Source: Octopus bimaculoides
Taxonomy: Eukaryota
Reading direction: 5' to 3'
NCBI RefSeq assembly: GCF_001194135.2
Contig: NC_068985.1
Span: 6,011,701 to 6,050,035 of the forward strand
DNA: 38,335 nucleotides
Within the stretch, counting starts at the first letter, position 1. Each line of letters starts with the position of its first letter. The notes under the pieces are model-generated. The model did no database searches, was not told the origin of the DNA, and was given only the letters and a program-made list of their open reading frames with translations. A program made the translations under genes and the position numbers. Below, piece by piece: positions 1 to 12,362 of the stretch.

Positions 1-29
1 ATATATATATATATATATATATATATATA

Positions 30-170
30 CGACGGGCTTCTTTCAGTTTCTGTCTACCAAATCCACTCGCAAGGCTTTGGTCGGCCCGAGGTTATAGTAG
101 AAGACACTTGTCTAAAGTGCCACACAGTGGGAATGAACCTGGAACCATGTGGTTGATAAGCAAGGTACTT
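30..170 (-). mobile_element. SINE family C, 5' half (tRNA-like/CORE-like head running into its internal AT microsatellite at 1-29)
   Basis: Reverse complement reads ...aaccacatggttccaggttcattcccactgtgtggcactttagacaagtgtcttctact...gaaactgaaagaagcccgtcgtatatat. A degenerate homologue lies at 8984-9114. Recognised as a common octopus-type SINE. Confidence 0.7.
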
Positions 171-354
171 AATCTTATAATAGTAATTTCTAAGAAACGT
201 CCAGAGAAAAAAACAAAACAAAAAAACATTCGTTGTGAGCGCTGGTCGATAAAATAATTCTTTGAAGAGTATTTTATATTATCGCCTCCATGAAGTTGAA
301 AAACTAACTTGTTCTCGATCGAGTTTTGAATCGATAACGAAAAATATCCGGAAG

Positions 355-562
355 GAGCAAATATTGACACAAAATCAGCAATTTTGGAGAGAGGTAAATC
401 GATTTCATCAAGCGCAGTGCACACTGGTACTTATTTTATCGACTCCAGAATGTTGAAAAGCAAAATTGGCCTCGGTGGGATTTCAACTCAGAACATAAAG
501 ACGGACGAAATGGCGCTAAACATTCTGTTCGGCGCACTAACTATTCTGGCAGCTCACCGCCT
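355..562 (-). mobile_element. SINE family A copy (degenerate)
   Basis: Reverse complement begins aggcggtgagctgccagaatagttagtgcgcc and has B-box-like gagttgaaatccc and gtcgataaaataagtaccag, homologous to 29988-30218. Confidence 0.8.
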
Positions 563-788
563 ATCCCGAATATATATCGCAAGCCATTGTGTGCAATACA
601 TTAATGATTCTGTTTGTAATTACTAATACAATTAAATTTAAATTGATGTACGAGAAACGAATGCACCAAGAGATAAATTCATATTGATATTTGGAAAACT
701 GATATTACACTAGCACAAAGAAGCTGTGATATTTTAAATCCTTTATCTTAGACAACATACCACCTCGTAAGTGTTATTTTGCTTTTGT

Positions 789-2010
789 ATACTAGAAGCA
801 ATTTTTGCAGAATGCAGTTAAACAGATATGGCTTAATACTAGAAGCAATTTTTGCAGAATGAAGTTAAACAGATATGGCTTCATACTAGAAGCAATTTTT
901 GCAGAATGAAGTTAAACAGATATGGCTTCATACTAGAAGTAATTTTTGCAGAATGCAGTTAAACAGATATGGCTTCATACTAGAAGCAATTTTGGCAGAA
1001 TGCAGTTAAACAGATATGGCTTCATACTAGAAGCAATTTTTGCAGAATGCAGTTAAACAGATATGGCTTCATACTAGAAGCAATTTTTGCAGAATGCAGT
1101 TAAACAGATATGGCTTCATACTAGAAGCAATTTTTGCAGANNNNNNNNNNNNNNNNNNNNNNNNNNNNNNNNNNNNNNNNNNNNNNNNNNNNNNNNNNNN
1201 NNNNNNNNNNNNNNNNNNNNNNNNNNNNNNNNCAGTTAAACAGATATGGCTTAATACTAGAAGCAATTTTTGCAGAATGAAGTTAAACAGATATGGCTTC
1301 ATACTAGAAGCAATGTTTGCAGAATGAAGTTAAACAGATATGGCTTCATACTAGAATGAAGTTAAACAGATGGCTTCATACTAGAAGCAATTTTTGCAGA
1401 ATGAAATTAAACAGATATGGCTTCATACTAGAAGCAATTTTTGCAGAATGAAGCTAAACAGATATGGCTTCATACTAGAAGCAATTTTTGCAGAATGAAG
1501 TTAAACAGATATGGCTTCATACTAGAAGCAATTTTTGCAGAATGAAGTTAAACAGATATGGCTTCATACTAGAATGAAGTTAAACAGATGGCTTCATACT
1601 AGAAGCAATTTTTGCAGAATGAANNNNNNNNNNCTAAACAGATATGGCTTCATACTAGAAGCAATTTTTGCAGAATGAAGTTAAACAGATATGGCTTCAT
1701 ACTAGAATGAAGTTAAACAGATGGCTTCATACTAGAAGCAATTTTTGCAGAATGAAGTTAAACAGTTATGACTTCATACTAGAAGCAATTTTTGCAGAAT
1801 GAAGGTAAACAGATATGGCTTCATACTAGAAGCAATTTTTGCAGAATGAAGTTAAACAGATATGGCTTCATACTAGAAGCAATTTTTGCAGAATGAAGTT
1901 AAACAGATATGGCTTCATACTAGAAGCAATGTTTGCAGAACGAAGTTAAACAGATATGGCTTCATACTAGAAGCAATTTTTGCAGAATGAAGTTAAACAG
2001 ATATGGTTTC
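789..2010. repeat. 47-bp tandem satellite, about 26 unit-lengths including two N gaps
   Basis: Unit ATACTAGAAGCAATTTTTGCAGAATGAAGTTAAACAGATATGGCTTC with period 47 (789 to 836). 30-bp deletion variants at about 1348, 1566 and 1699. Confidence 0.97.
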
Positions 2011-2202
2011 ATAAGGATTCATAGTATAAGGTCTGATTGGGTGGCGATGCAAATATCACTCCCGTAGGGTTATTATCCAACTTCGGCCTCAAACATGCGT
2101 AATAAAGCAATGCAGTTTGTGTAGAAAACAATTGACATTTGAAACGGTAACAGCTCAATACCTTCGTGGCAATGTTTTTTTTCCACGTTTACGAAGATGA
2201 TG

Positions 2203-2357
2203 TCTTTTCTGTATTCTTTTCTTTTACTCTTACTTGCTTCAGTCATTTGACAGCGGCCATGCTGGAGCATTGACTTTAGTCGAAGGAATCGACCTCAGCA
2301 CTTATTCTTTGTAAGCCAAGTACTTATTCTATCGGTAACTTTTTGCCGAACCGCTAG
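2203..2357 (-). mobile_element. SINE family C, 3' half
   Basis: Reverse complement tagcggttcggcaaaaag...cttacaaagaataagtgc...gctccagcatggccgctgtcaaatgactgaagcaagtaagagtaaaag matches 19684-19867. It supplies the stop codon of ORF 2354-2794. Confidence 0.8.
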
Positions 2358-3240
2358 GCCCCTCCCTCAACCCTAGGATCCTTGGGAGAGCAACCATTTT
2401 TGCTCACATTCTTCCTCTGCTGGTCCTTCTTTGAGGAGGCCTCAGCCTCCTCGACCGCCTCCATTCCCTCTTCTAGAGAGATACCAACCAACTGCCCCAG
2501 GACCTTGCTTTGAACCTGGGAGCAGTTGTTTTCTATATTGCCAAGTTCGAGGCACAGGTGACATAATTCGGGGCGGCCCTCAAGAATAACTGGGTACCTG
2601 CACCTAGCCAAAAAGTCCGGAAAGACTGAATTATTTGCTGATTGGGTCCACAGCGTCAAAACCACTTTTGACCAGACCCAATCAGCCACCGGTAACAAGT
2701 TGCCGCTGCTGCCACCCAGACCCCGGCGGATAGTGTCCTCTATCCACCCTGGTTCGATATTGGGTGGCAGCCCGTAGACCCAAGCCCTCGTCAATTTCCT
2801 CCCACAATACGTGGGAAGAAATAAAATNNNNNNNNNNNNNNNNNNNNNNNNNNNNNNNNNNNNNNNNNNNNNNNNNNNNNNNNNNNNNNNNNNNNNNNNN
2901 NNNNNNNNNNNNNNNNNNNNNNNNNNNNNNNNNNNNNNNNNNNNNNNNNNNNNNNNNNNNNNNNNNNNNNNNNNNNNNNNNNNNNNNNACGAGTCTCCTC
3001 TGGGGTATCAAATAGCGACCAAATCGTTGCATATCTGACACCCCGGACAATAAACTTCACAGTTTGCAGATAGTCTGCTAACTACTTTTCAATTTTCTGC
3101 TTGCGGAAGAGGGCAATGGCGTCGAGAACTTTCGAGTACTTTCTCAACACCAGCGTTTTGTTCTCTTGTTGTGTAAACCACTCTTTGGGTGGAATAATTT
3201 CCCACTCCAAAGCAGTGATTTTCTTGTTGTTGTCCGTCAT
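2354..3240 (-). pseudogene. Non-LTR retrotransposon ORF1 (gag-like, zinc-knuckle) relic
   Basis: Reads MTDNNKKITALEWEII...KIEK*LADYLQTVKFIVRGVRYATIWSLFDTPEE, then an N gap, then FLPTYCGRKLTRAWVYGLPPNIEPGW...PVILEGRPELCHLCLELGNIENNC. The last motif is a CX2CX4(H>N)X4C knuckle preceded by the V/ILEGRP motif typical of LINE ORF1. One in-frame stop; truncated by a SINE. Confidence 0.7.
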
Positions 3241-3399
3241 GTTAGAAAAAACAAGAAGACAGTTCACAGAGATAGATTTAAGAAAATGTTCTTTGAAGTA
3301 AACAGGAGAAGAGAAAACACTTCAGGAAAAAAACAAAACAAAAAGCCACGACGAACACACTCTTCCGTCCACAGTTACACCTGGCCCAAAGTGGAACAT

Positions 3400-3990
3400 G
3401 GTAGCAACAGCAAAACCAGGTACTCCGAAGTAAGAACTACAGCAAACCAGGTACTGCTAGACAGGAATTTCAGGAAACCAGTTACAGAAACAATATTTTA
3501 GTAGCGAGATATGCCCACCAAAACAAACCCCAAAAAAATTAACTCACTAAAAAGTGAGTACAACTAGGCTCACCACAGGAAGAAGAAAATATGTAGACTT
3601 CAGCAGGGATTTATTCAAAATAACACAACAAATCCCCACCGAACTAAAAAAAAAAAACTAAAAAGTCCTAACTGTAGTGAGTCTCTCACGCATTTCAAAG
3701 CAATTTACAACTAGAAATTGGTAGCATCAGCAAAACCAGGCACTCCGAAGCAGGAACTACAGCAAACCGGGTACTCCGAGGCAAGAATTACAGCACAAGA
3801 ACAATATTTTGGTGGCGAGATGCGCCCACCAAAACGTTTTTAACTCACTAAAATTTGAGTACAACTAGACTCACCACAGGCAGACAAAAATGTTTAGAGT
3901 TCAGCAGGTATCTATTAAAAATAACACAGCAATAAATCCCCACCAAATTATAAAAAAACAAAAAGTCTTACCTGTAGCCAGTCTTTTTTA
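3400..3990 (-). repeat. Two diverged ~320-bp tandem units in the putative LINE 5' UTR
   Basis: ggtagcaacagcaaaaccagg at 3400 and ggtagcatcagcaaaaccagg at 3720. Shared blocks include gcccaccaaaac, aactcactaaaa, gagtacaactag, ctcaccacagg and aaatccccacc. Confidence 0.85.
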
Positions 3991-4192
3991 TTTCTTTCAT
4001 TCACGCAGCTCAAAGCGAAGTGACGTTCACAGTAGCCGGCAACTGACGGCGCGGCGTCGAGAGTACATAACCACTCCTGCACTTATATAGTTATTTAGAA
4101 AAAGTGGGGATTTTCTTAATGTGGGAGATATCTTTATAGGCTTTAACGATGCATGTATTCCTGGTAGTAATTTAAAACAGTTACTATACTGT

Positions 4193-4362
4193 GGTACATA
4201 CAAATACTTCCAACGCAGTATAAACGTGAAAACTGCAGAAACATTGAGTGTATATATAATGACGGGAAAAAAATTGTCAACAGTAAGCCACACGACTCGA
4301 ACCCACATCCCTCTCACAACGACTGCGTACTCTACTATTAAGCTAAACAGCCCATTGACTAC
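4193..4362 (-). mobile_element. Short tRNA-derived SINE-like insertion with a 12-bp flanking direct repeat
   Basis: Minus-strand head gggctgtttagcttaatagtagagtacgcagtcg...gtgggttcgagtc has A-box-like and B-box motifs. TTACTATACTGT occurs at 4181-4192 and 4363-4374. Confidence 0.5.
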
Positions 4363-5280
4363 TTACTATACTGTATGCATATAAGGATAATGGATTTTTT
4401 TTTTTTTAATCATTGAAATGTATTTGCAAGAATAGAAATCCGGCAAATGATTTCTGATATTGGTTCAGATTAGTGATGGATATTTTCGATGATGTGTATA
4501 TCTCTTTCAAAGAACGCCTTAATATCTGAGTAAAACCGGTAATAGTCTGTCGAAAATAATACAATATAAGCCATGCTAAGTTTCAAGATTAGTTTGTAAT
4601 AAATAAAATATGTTCGATCCTAAATCTGTTCGCTCAGATCATACTTAAAGCTAAACAACAAAATAATATACCGATCTCCCATAATTTTTTCTCTGAAATA
4701 GTTTTGTTTCTGTCGTTGACTTTCCAATCACTCGAAACAAAGAATACCATAAGAAATTAATAACTTCTGCCAATCTTTTCATCATCTTGTGCTGAAATGC
4801 ATATACCACAATCTGCCGAAAGACATCGCAGTCGGAGACTACCGAATTGTGAGAGCTCGTTAGAGAAAACCGTACAAAAGTCCACACTACATCGTTTAGG
4901 AAAACTTCTGCACGGTAAAAAATACGATTTTGTTTATGCTTGATAAGTGCAGATGATTGGGCCGATGCCATGAAATTTGTAAGCTCTGCTAGACTAATAA
5001 TGATGGCGATGCTAGTTATTTTCAGTTTAAACTGTTTTAGCTAACAGCAGAAGGAAACTCAAACATTCCAAAGGACCGATGTTCTTGAAGGCTTAGAAAA
5101 GTGAAGGCGTTGAGCGGTGAAAAGATGAGTTGGATGAGGCTGGCTGCGTGGTAGCGGTACAAGACCTGTAAATTCTGAGGATGGAGATGAAATGCCATTA
5201 GAGAAGCGCTGGAAAAACAATCAGAAAAGAAACCACGTAAATTAATAAAAAAAAAACAGAAAAAAAAAACAATTGTTCTT

Positions 5281-5495
5281 ATATTGGTTTCGAGTTTGTA
5301 GCACAAGACCAGCAAGTTTACGGGAGGTGGTTAGTCGATCATATCAATGCTTTTAACTGCGACCTATTATATAAGTCAGGGAAGAATGAAAGGCAAATCG
5401 ACCTCGGTGGAGTTTGAACTTAGAACGAGAAGACAGATGAAATGCCGCTAAGCATTTTGCCCGGCGTGCCTACGATTGCGCCGATTCACCGCCTT
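5281..5495 (-). mobile_element. SINE family A copy (degenerate)
   Basis: Contains gaatgaaaggcaaatcgacctcggtggagtttgaacttagaac and ccgctaagcattttgcccggcgtg, the reverse complement of the family A core. Confidence 0.85.
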
Positions 5496-5652
5496 AATCT
5501 GTTCTTATGTTGAAATCACTCATAGTATAAAATATTTCTTAGTAGGTGATCATTCGACTGCTTGTATACCGACAATTTCCAATTTAAACGGATGCGTCTT
5601 TTCATTCATGTACCTTTCATCGACTGTATAACAAAACTTCGATTCACAGATT

Positions 5653-5972
5653 GGGCGTTGTGAGTGTTTATTGAGCGAAAACACCTAAAGCCCCACGAGG
5701 CTCCGGCAGGGGATGGTGGCGAACCCTGCTGTACTCTTTCATCACAACTTTCTCTCACTCTTACTTCATGTTTCTGTTGTACCTGTAAGTCAAAGGGTCA
5801 GCCTTGTCACACTGTGTCACGCTGAATATCCCCGAGAACTACGTTAAGGGTACACGTGTCTGTGGAGTGCTCAGCCACTTGCACGTTAATTTCACGAGTA
5901 GGCTGTTCCGTTGATCGAATCAACTGGAACCCTCGACGTCGAAAGCGACGGAGTGCCAACAACAACAACAAC
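5653..5972 (+). mobile_element. SINE family B, 5'-truncated, with (AAC)n tail
   Basis: High similarity to 16599-16938 and to the reverse complement of 15977-16337. Ends ggagtgccaacaacaacaacaac. Confidence 0.9.
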
Positions 5973-6589
5973 ATAACAAAACATTTCATGGCTGATGCTT
6001 TTTGCTCCGACCTATAATTTACAATCTAACAATCCTGAAAAATTCAAAGTTTCAGTTATTCATAACAAACTAATCCGTCTCTACACAAGCTACATGTCGT
6101 TACGGCGACCGAAATGCGACCATCACCGATGTTAACAATTCGCGCATCATTACGAAATGAATTGCAGAATTTAACATGAAATTGCACAAATAAACTATAT
6201 TGTGAAAAGAATGAGATATGCAGTACCGCAACAATCGTGACAAAATCCGGCACAGAGGATGTGCAGTTGATAATAATGAACAGAAAATGATATACAATGA
6301 AATAAAATGTAGACAAATAAGAATAGAGAAACAATACAGCATGTTACTTAAATATTAGCATTCGCAGTGCATTTGCATACGGTGGTTACATAGGCATATA
6401 CATGCAACAAGTTACGGATTTGAGAGACTGTTTAAAATATTTAGAATTATGCATCCTTTTAATTATTCAACTCAAAAATTTGAAGTCAGCGAAGTAGTCA
6501 GCAATAATGAATATTCACTGCAATAAAGAGAATGAATTTTTTCATTTTCTTCTAAACAACATCAATGACAAATATAATATAATATACAT

Positions 6590-6593
6590 ACAC

Positions 6594-6637
<44 letters not shown>

Positions 6638-6676
6638 GCGCGTGTATATATGTGCGTGTATATACATACATATGTT

Positions 6677-6738
<62 letters not shown>
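6590..6738. repeat. Compound (AT)n/(GT)n microsatellite
   Basis: Direct reading. Confidence 0.95.
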
Positions 6739-6740
<2 letters not shown>

Positions 6741-6764
6741 CACTGAATACTGAATATGAAACTT

Positions 6765-7580
6765 ACTGGGTATACTGGTCCATAGCGAATTTCAATCCCA
6801 GAGCCTGCCTAACTCAGTGAGGGACCTGGGTTTCGATATGAATGATGATACCACTTTCCAAGTGTACATTATCAGGATGGCAACTATGTGTAGACGACTG
6901 GATGGATGGATCCTAAGAACATTCAGAACCAGAGATAAGGAAACTATGATAGTCCTCCGGAAGACATTCGTCCTCAGCCGCCTGAATTACTGCTCATAGC
7001 TGTGGTCACCTACCAGTGTGAAATTAACAGCGGACCTTGAAGAAATCCAGAGAAGATTCACAAAGAAGATCGTCTCTTTGCATCTGCTCAGCTACTGGGA
7101 AAGGTTGAAACAGCTAAGACTCTACTCCCTGGAGAGAAGGCGAGAGAGGTATGCAGCAATATACGCGTGGAAGATCCTGGAAGGAATTTTGTCAAATTTT
7201 GGCTTTGAAAGCTACACCAATGGCAGAACGGGACGACAGTGCATAGTGCCAAAGATGACAGCGACGCCATCGCGCTTCAGGACCAGTTACTGCAACAGCC
7301 TGGCTTTCAGAGACCTATAGTTTATTCAAATTCTCCCAAAGAGCCTGAGGAGCCTGCACAACGTAGATGTAGGCGTTTTTAAATCAAAGCTTGACCTCTT
7401 CCTGTCGAGAGTCCCAGATGGACCTACTTCTCGGCAAGAGCTGCAAATGAGGGCAGCGACATCAAACACCATTCTTCACCAAGTGCCACATATTGGAGGA
7501 GGCTCTCAGTAATAACAGTGTAGCAAAACGGCAGCACATCAGCATGGCCGCAGCTCTGAGCTGAAAGTTCAGAAAAAAAA
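6765..7580 (+). pseudogene. CR1/L2-group LINE 3' end (C-terminal part of the reverse transcriptase ORF), 5'-truncated
   Basis: Reads SVRDLG...WILRTFRTRDKETM...VLSRLNYCS*LWSP...LEEIQRRFTKKI...SYWERLKQLRLYSLERRRERY...IYAWKILEG...LPKSLRSL...FKSKLDLFLSRVPD, characteristic CR1/L2-type motifs with in-frame stops. A short A-rich tail lies at about 7572-7580. Confidence 0.9.
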
Positions 7581-7637
7581 TATCATATACATTACACACA
7601 CACACACACACATCTATATACACATGATATGTATATG

Positions 7638-7690
<53 letters not shown>

Positions 7691-8983
7691 ATATATGTAC
7701 ATATATGTTTACGTGCCCATGTGCGGACATACGTGTGCGCATGTGTGTATGCGTGTGTGTTGTGCTTGTGGCTGAGTGTGTATATACCTGACGTCCGATA
7801 TCCTATTTCCATGTTACTTATTGCGAATCAGATTTAACCTGACAACCGAAAGAATTATTTTTTTCACCTTCTTTGAAAAGCAGTTGCGACAGATGTCTGT
7901 TAGGACAAATATATTTGTCACCATTTACTGGAATGTTTGTACACATTCTTTCAAACCTGCGAATACGCTACACATACGGATAAACGCATGCACGTGCATA
8001 TATAGATGTAAGTATGGAATACGTATCGTCTATTTCAGTGCAACAATACCCATGAATAAATTCGGTAAGATCTCCACAAACAGACTTAAGAAAAAATTAG
8101 ACGTCTGTTATGAGACGGTGCCCGAGTATTTTAATGTGTGTCTTTCATACACAGACATTAATATGCCATGACGATGTCTCTGTCTGTATGTTAATTCAAC
8201 TCCGTGATTGAGAATCGTATCCATATGTGTGTACTTAAATATATTTCGGCTCGGCTAACGAGAATTTCATGGAGGCATAGATTTTCGTAAAGATTACCAA
8301 ATCCATATATCTCCAACCTAAATAACTCAATAGCTATTGAAATATCATAATAAATAAGTTGTTTTTTTTTCTTCCGATAATGTAGCTTCATAGTTTGATA
8401 TCATCTGTGGCATTACCTTCTGGTCTGCTGGATTTTATATTACTCTGCAAAATTTGAAATGATTTTAAACATAGACACTTGTGTCAGCCTGACTGCATAT
8501 AATTCATAATAGAATGCTATGCTCTCGTTCATTCCGATTTCACTAAGAGACATAAATTACGATGTTGTATCGCAAATACCGAAACATTTTTCTTTATTAT
8601 TTCCTACAATATCCATCGTCTCTGAGTAAATTATTTTATTTTACTTCTTTTCCTCCTTTTAGCTTAGATATAAAGTTTCTGGTGGTTTAGTTTCAAGGTG
8701 GCGTTGTAAGTATGACATCCTCAGATACTCAAACACTGGTTGTAATCGATATAATTGTTTTTAGTCTGCAGAATATTACATTGCAGAGGACAAATTCTGG
8801 CGTAATCACGTTCTTTCTAGGAAAACGTCTGCGAAATGGCTAATCTTTGTGGTGAAATGCTGTAGCTATGACGAGAAAATAGATGGTGGGAGGACACGGG
8901 AGGCGCCTTTGGCAAATGATTGATTCAGGGATGAGTTGAAAGACCCTTTCAGAAGAAACTTAACCGTTGCCAAAGGTGTATTT

Positions 8984-9114
8984 GTGTGGTAAGGAGTTTA
9001 TTTCCAACCACATTGTCCATAGTTCTCACTGAATGGCACTTTGCACAAGTGTGTTCTATTAGAGCGCCCAGGGGCCCACAACCTTGGGTAGGAAACTGAA
9101 CAAACACCGTCGTA
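8984..9114 (+). mobile_element. SINE family C 5' half, highly degenerate
   Basis: gtgtggtaaggagtttatttccaaccacat...ggcactttgcacaagtgtgttcta...ggaaactgaacaaacaccgtcgta is homologous to 30-170. Confidence 0.55.
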
Positions 9115-9130
9115 TGACTGTGCTTTTGTT

Positions 9131-9164
<34 letters not shown>

Positions 9165-9166
<2 letters not shown>

Positions 9167-9196
9167 CGAGGGGTGTATGAAAAACTTTGAGCCACT
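9165..9196 (+). mobile_element. Mariner-type terminal inverted repeat-like end
   Basis: TA-CGAGGGGTGTATGAAAAACTTTGAGCC next to a TA run resembles mariner TIR starts. No partner TIR was found. Confidence 0.35.
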
Positions 9197-9974
9197 AACC
9201 CTTATAACATATCCGTATCCTTGATCTTCCTCTTGTCCACTTTCCTCCTCCCGGTGTCCACTGCACCACGATGGAAGCATGTCACACCTGTGATAACCGA
9301 AACACTGCACAAGGCCAGCAAACCCTATCCACCGCTTACTCATCATGTCCTACAAACGAACCGTGCTTACTCATCTCTTTAAGCCTTTGTTTCCCAATCT
9401 GTCGTGGTGAGAGCTCTGTCTTTTATCAAGTTTCACCGGCCATTAGAGTACTGTGGCGTCGAATTTCCGAGAGCATTTCAATAAACAGAAACTAGTCAGA
9501 AATGTATTTACTACATCTCTACATGATGTACGACTTTCCATAAATAACTTGGATTTATATTAGTCATTTGAAATGTAAAATGTCTTCAATTTCATAATTC
9601 TAAGGTCGCCCCGTAGTCTTTTGTGTTCCATTCCTTTATAAACAAATGGGGCACCTTTGACACTGCTGGGATTATTGTTGATCCCAGTATATTTGATTAT
9701 GATGAAAAGTAGCTGTTAAGAACTTTTCAATGCAGTATTCTCTGCATATGCAAGCATACGTTACATATGGCCTTCTCTTAATGGTAGTTGGAATAATAGG
9801 GAAAATTCATTGGATACTGCATAATTCATTACTGTTAAACGATTTAATTGACAAATACAAAGGCACAATGTCGCCTACAAATATACACATACGAACATAT
9901 ACATACACCTCAACGCACACATGTGAATACATACTATCATACACCTATACAACCACAATTTTGTGTCTCGGCGC

Positions 9975-10038
<64 letters not shown>

Positions 10039-10361
10039 TTACAAACACACAAATGCACACAAACACACAGAGGTACACATATAAATATATACACTTATAT
10101 ATAGAAATTGTGTTTGCACAGATAAGAAAGTTAATAGAAAATTCTGCTTAAGTAGCTTAGAGTAATAATTTTATTTGCAATGTAGTCTAATTCTTTGGTG
10201 TAGGTTATCCCTCGGGCGGCATTACAATACGTACCATTAAAGTATTAAGTTTCAATCTAGAAGACATGGTGCCCACAACCGCAAATTCGGCACCGCTTAA
10301 TGAAGAGATACACATGAACAAACATACATGCACATCACTGTCTACGTGGATATCTATCTGT

Positions 10362-10412
<51 letters not shown>

Positions 10413-10435
10413 ATCTATCATTAATATTATTATAT

Positions 10436-11393
10436 ACTAGCAGAAATACCCGGCGTTGCCCGGGTTAAAGAGAATAATGATATCTAAAAACGCCGTCTAG
10501 ACTACGCATCATCTTTATATATAGAGATGTATATACACACACGCACCCAAACACACGTATATATATGTATATCGATATAAATATATGAAAGTCAATGAAG
10601 TTTCGTAAAAGAAGGTGATCATGTACATACTTTCTTGCTGTCGTGATTATAACACCTGGTTGTAAACTATGTTCCTTGTTTTCCCTTGTGGAGCATATAC
10701 AAATAGGTTTTTTTTGCTGCCCACTCTTGAGCAGCCAACATACAGTTGTCCATGTGAGAAACAGGGCTCTTCCAAGAGAAGACCAGCTACAGACAGTGTT
10801 TGACCNNNNNNNNNNNNNNNNNNNNNNNNNNNNNNNNNNNNNNNNNNNNNNNNNNNNNNNNNNNNNNNNNNNNNNNNNNNNNNNNNNNNNNNNNNNNNNN
10901 NNNNNNNNNNNNNNNNNNNNNNNNNNNNNNNNNNNNNNNNNNNNNNNNNNNNNNNNNNNNNNNNNNNNNNNNNNNNNNNNNNNNNNNNNNNNNNNNNNNN
11001 NNNNNNNNNNNNNNNNNNNNNNNNNNNNNNNNNNNNNNNNNNNNNNNNNNNNNNNNNNNNNNNNNNNNNNNNNNNNNNNNNNNNNNNNNNNNNNNNNNNN
11101 NNNNNNNNNNNNNNNNNNNNNNNNNNNNNNNNNNNNNNNNNNNNNNNNNNNNNNNNNNNNNNNNNNNNNNNNNNNNNNNNNNNNNNNNNNNNNNNNNNNN
11201 NNNNNNNNNNNNNNNNNNNNNNNNNNNNNNNNNNNNNNNNNNNNNNNNNNNNNNNNNNNNNNNNNNNNNNNNNNNNNNNNNNNNNNNNNNNNNNNNNNNN
11301 NNNNNNNNNNNNNNNNNNNNNNNNNNNNNNNNNNNNNNNNNNNNNNNNNNNNNNNNNNNNNNNNNNNNNNNNNNNNNNNNNNNNNNNNNNNNA

Positions 11394-11442
<49 letters not shown>

Positions 11443-11873
11443 TTCTCTCTGAAAGTATCTGTCATTACAGTATCGAAATGGTGTACATATACACGTATAT
11501 GTATACATATACATCTCTCTCTCTCTCTCTCTTTCTTTCTCTCTCTTTCTTTCTCTCTCTTTCTCTCTTTCTGTCTCTCTCTTTCTCTCTTTCTCTCTCT
11601 GTGAAAGTATCTGTCACTACAGTATCGAAATGTGATTGTTTCAGTTAGTGGAATAGTTTCATTTTTAAAGTGAAAGTATTTGACATGAGTGTTTTTGTTT
11701 CACTTTTGACACGTAATACTTAAATAGTGGAGGAGATATTATGTTGCCGTGTGCTCCAAATCTACAAGAAGTTAATAATTTTTTTTTACTAAAACACAAC
11801 TGGAACCCTAAGTAAGGCATGTGTAAAATTTGAATGAAATTGGTTGCGTAGTTCTCGAGTTTTAGGGATTCAC

Positions 11874-11908
<35 letters not shown>

Positions 11909-11935
11909 CACATTCTCATTTTTATATATATAGAT
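10436..11935 (+). mobile_element. Non-autonomous Helitron of Lep1-like architecture, with internal (CT)n and (GACA)n and an N gap
   Basis: 5' end ACTAGCAGAAATACCCGGCGTTGCCCGGG. Subterminal gtgtaaaatttgaatgaaattggttgcgtagttctcgagtt is followed by (GACA)n and 3' end ttttatatatatagat. Confidence 0.65.
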
Positions 11936-12362
11936 GAAGGTGTATATATAAGAATGTATTTATGTATACTTATTTACAGTAGTAACATAAATGATTACCG
12001 CGCATATATAACAAAAAAGAAAGCAATTTGGTGTAATGCAACGTAACAGATATTTCCAGAAACATGAAATGAATTCATATTTAGAACAATGACACAATGG
12101 AAAACGCAGACGGCTTTTTACAAAAATATGAAAACAAAGGTAAGTATAAAGATACAAGAAATATAACTGCTCTGCACACCAGCGGGAAGATATATCTTTC
12201 TGTTTCAAGAACTATGCTAATTTTTAGAAGTCGATTTTCAATCTATTTAAGCGTATATTAGGTTTTATTAGTAAGCTGATGGGAATCTATCCAAAGTTAC
12301 TACTTTGTTCTAATTCTTATATTCAATGTTAACGAATATTTTTCAATATTTTCCAGACAGAC

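Noticed and set aside
789-2010. CRISPR-like appearance of the regular repeat array
   Set aside because: Units are contiguous with no unique spacers, the context is eukaryotic and there are no cas genes.
5040-5270. Purine-rich segment ending in AATAAA plus A-runs, possible retrocopy
   Set aside because: No open frame or recognisable protein, and no TSD found.
8417-8444. Possible 28-nt minus-strand micro-exon (ttttgcag...CCAGAAG/gtaatg)
   Set aside because: Splice-like dinucleotides alone are common; there is no recognisable peptide or neighbouring exon support.
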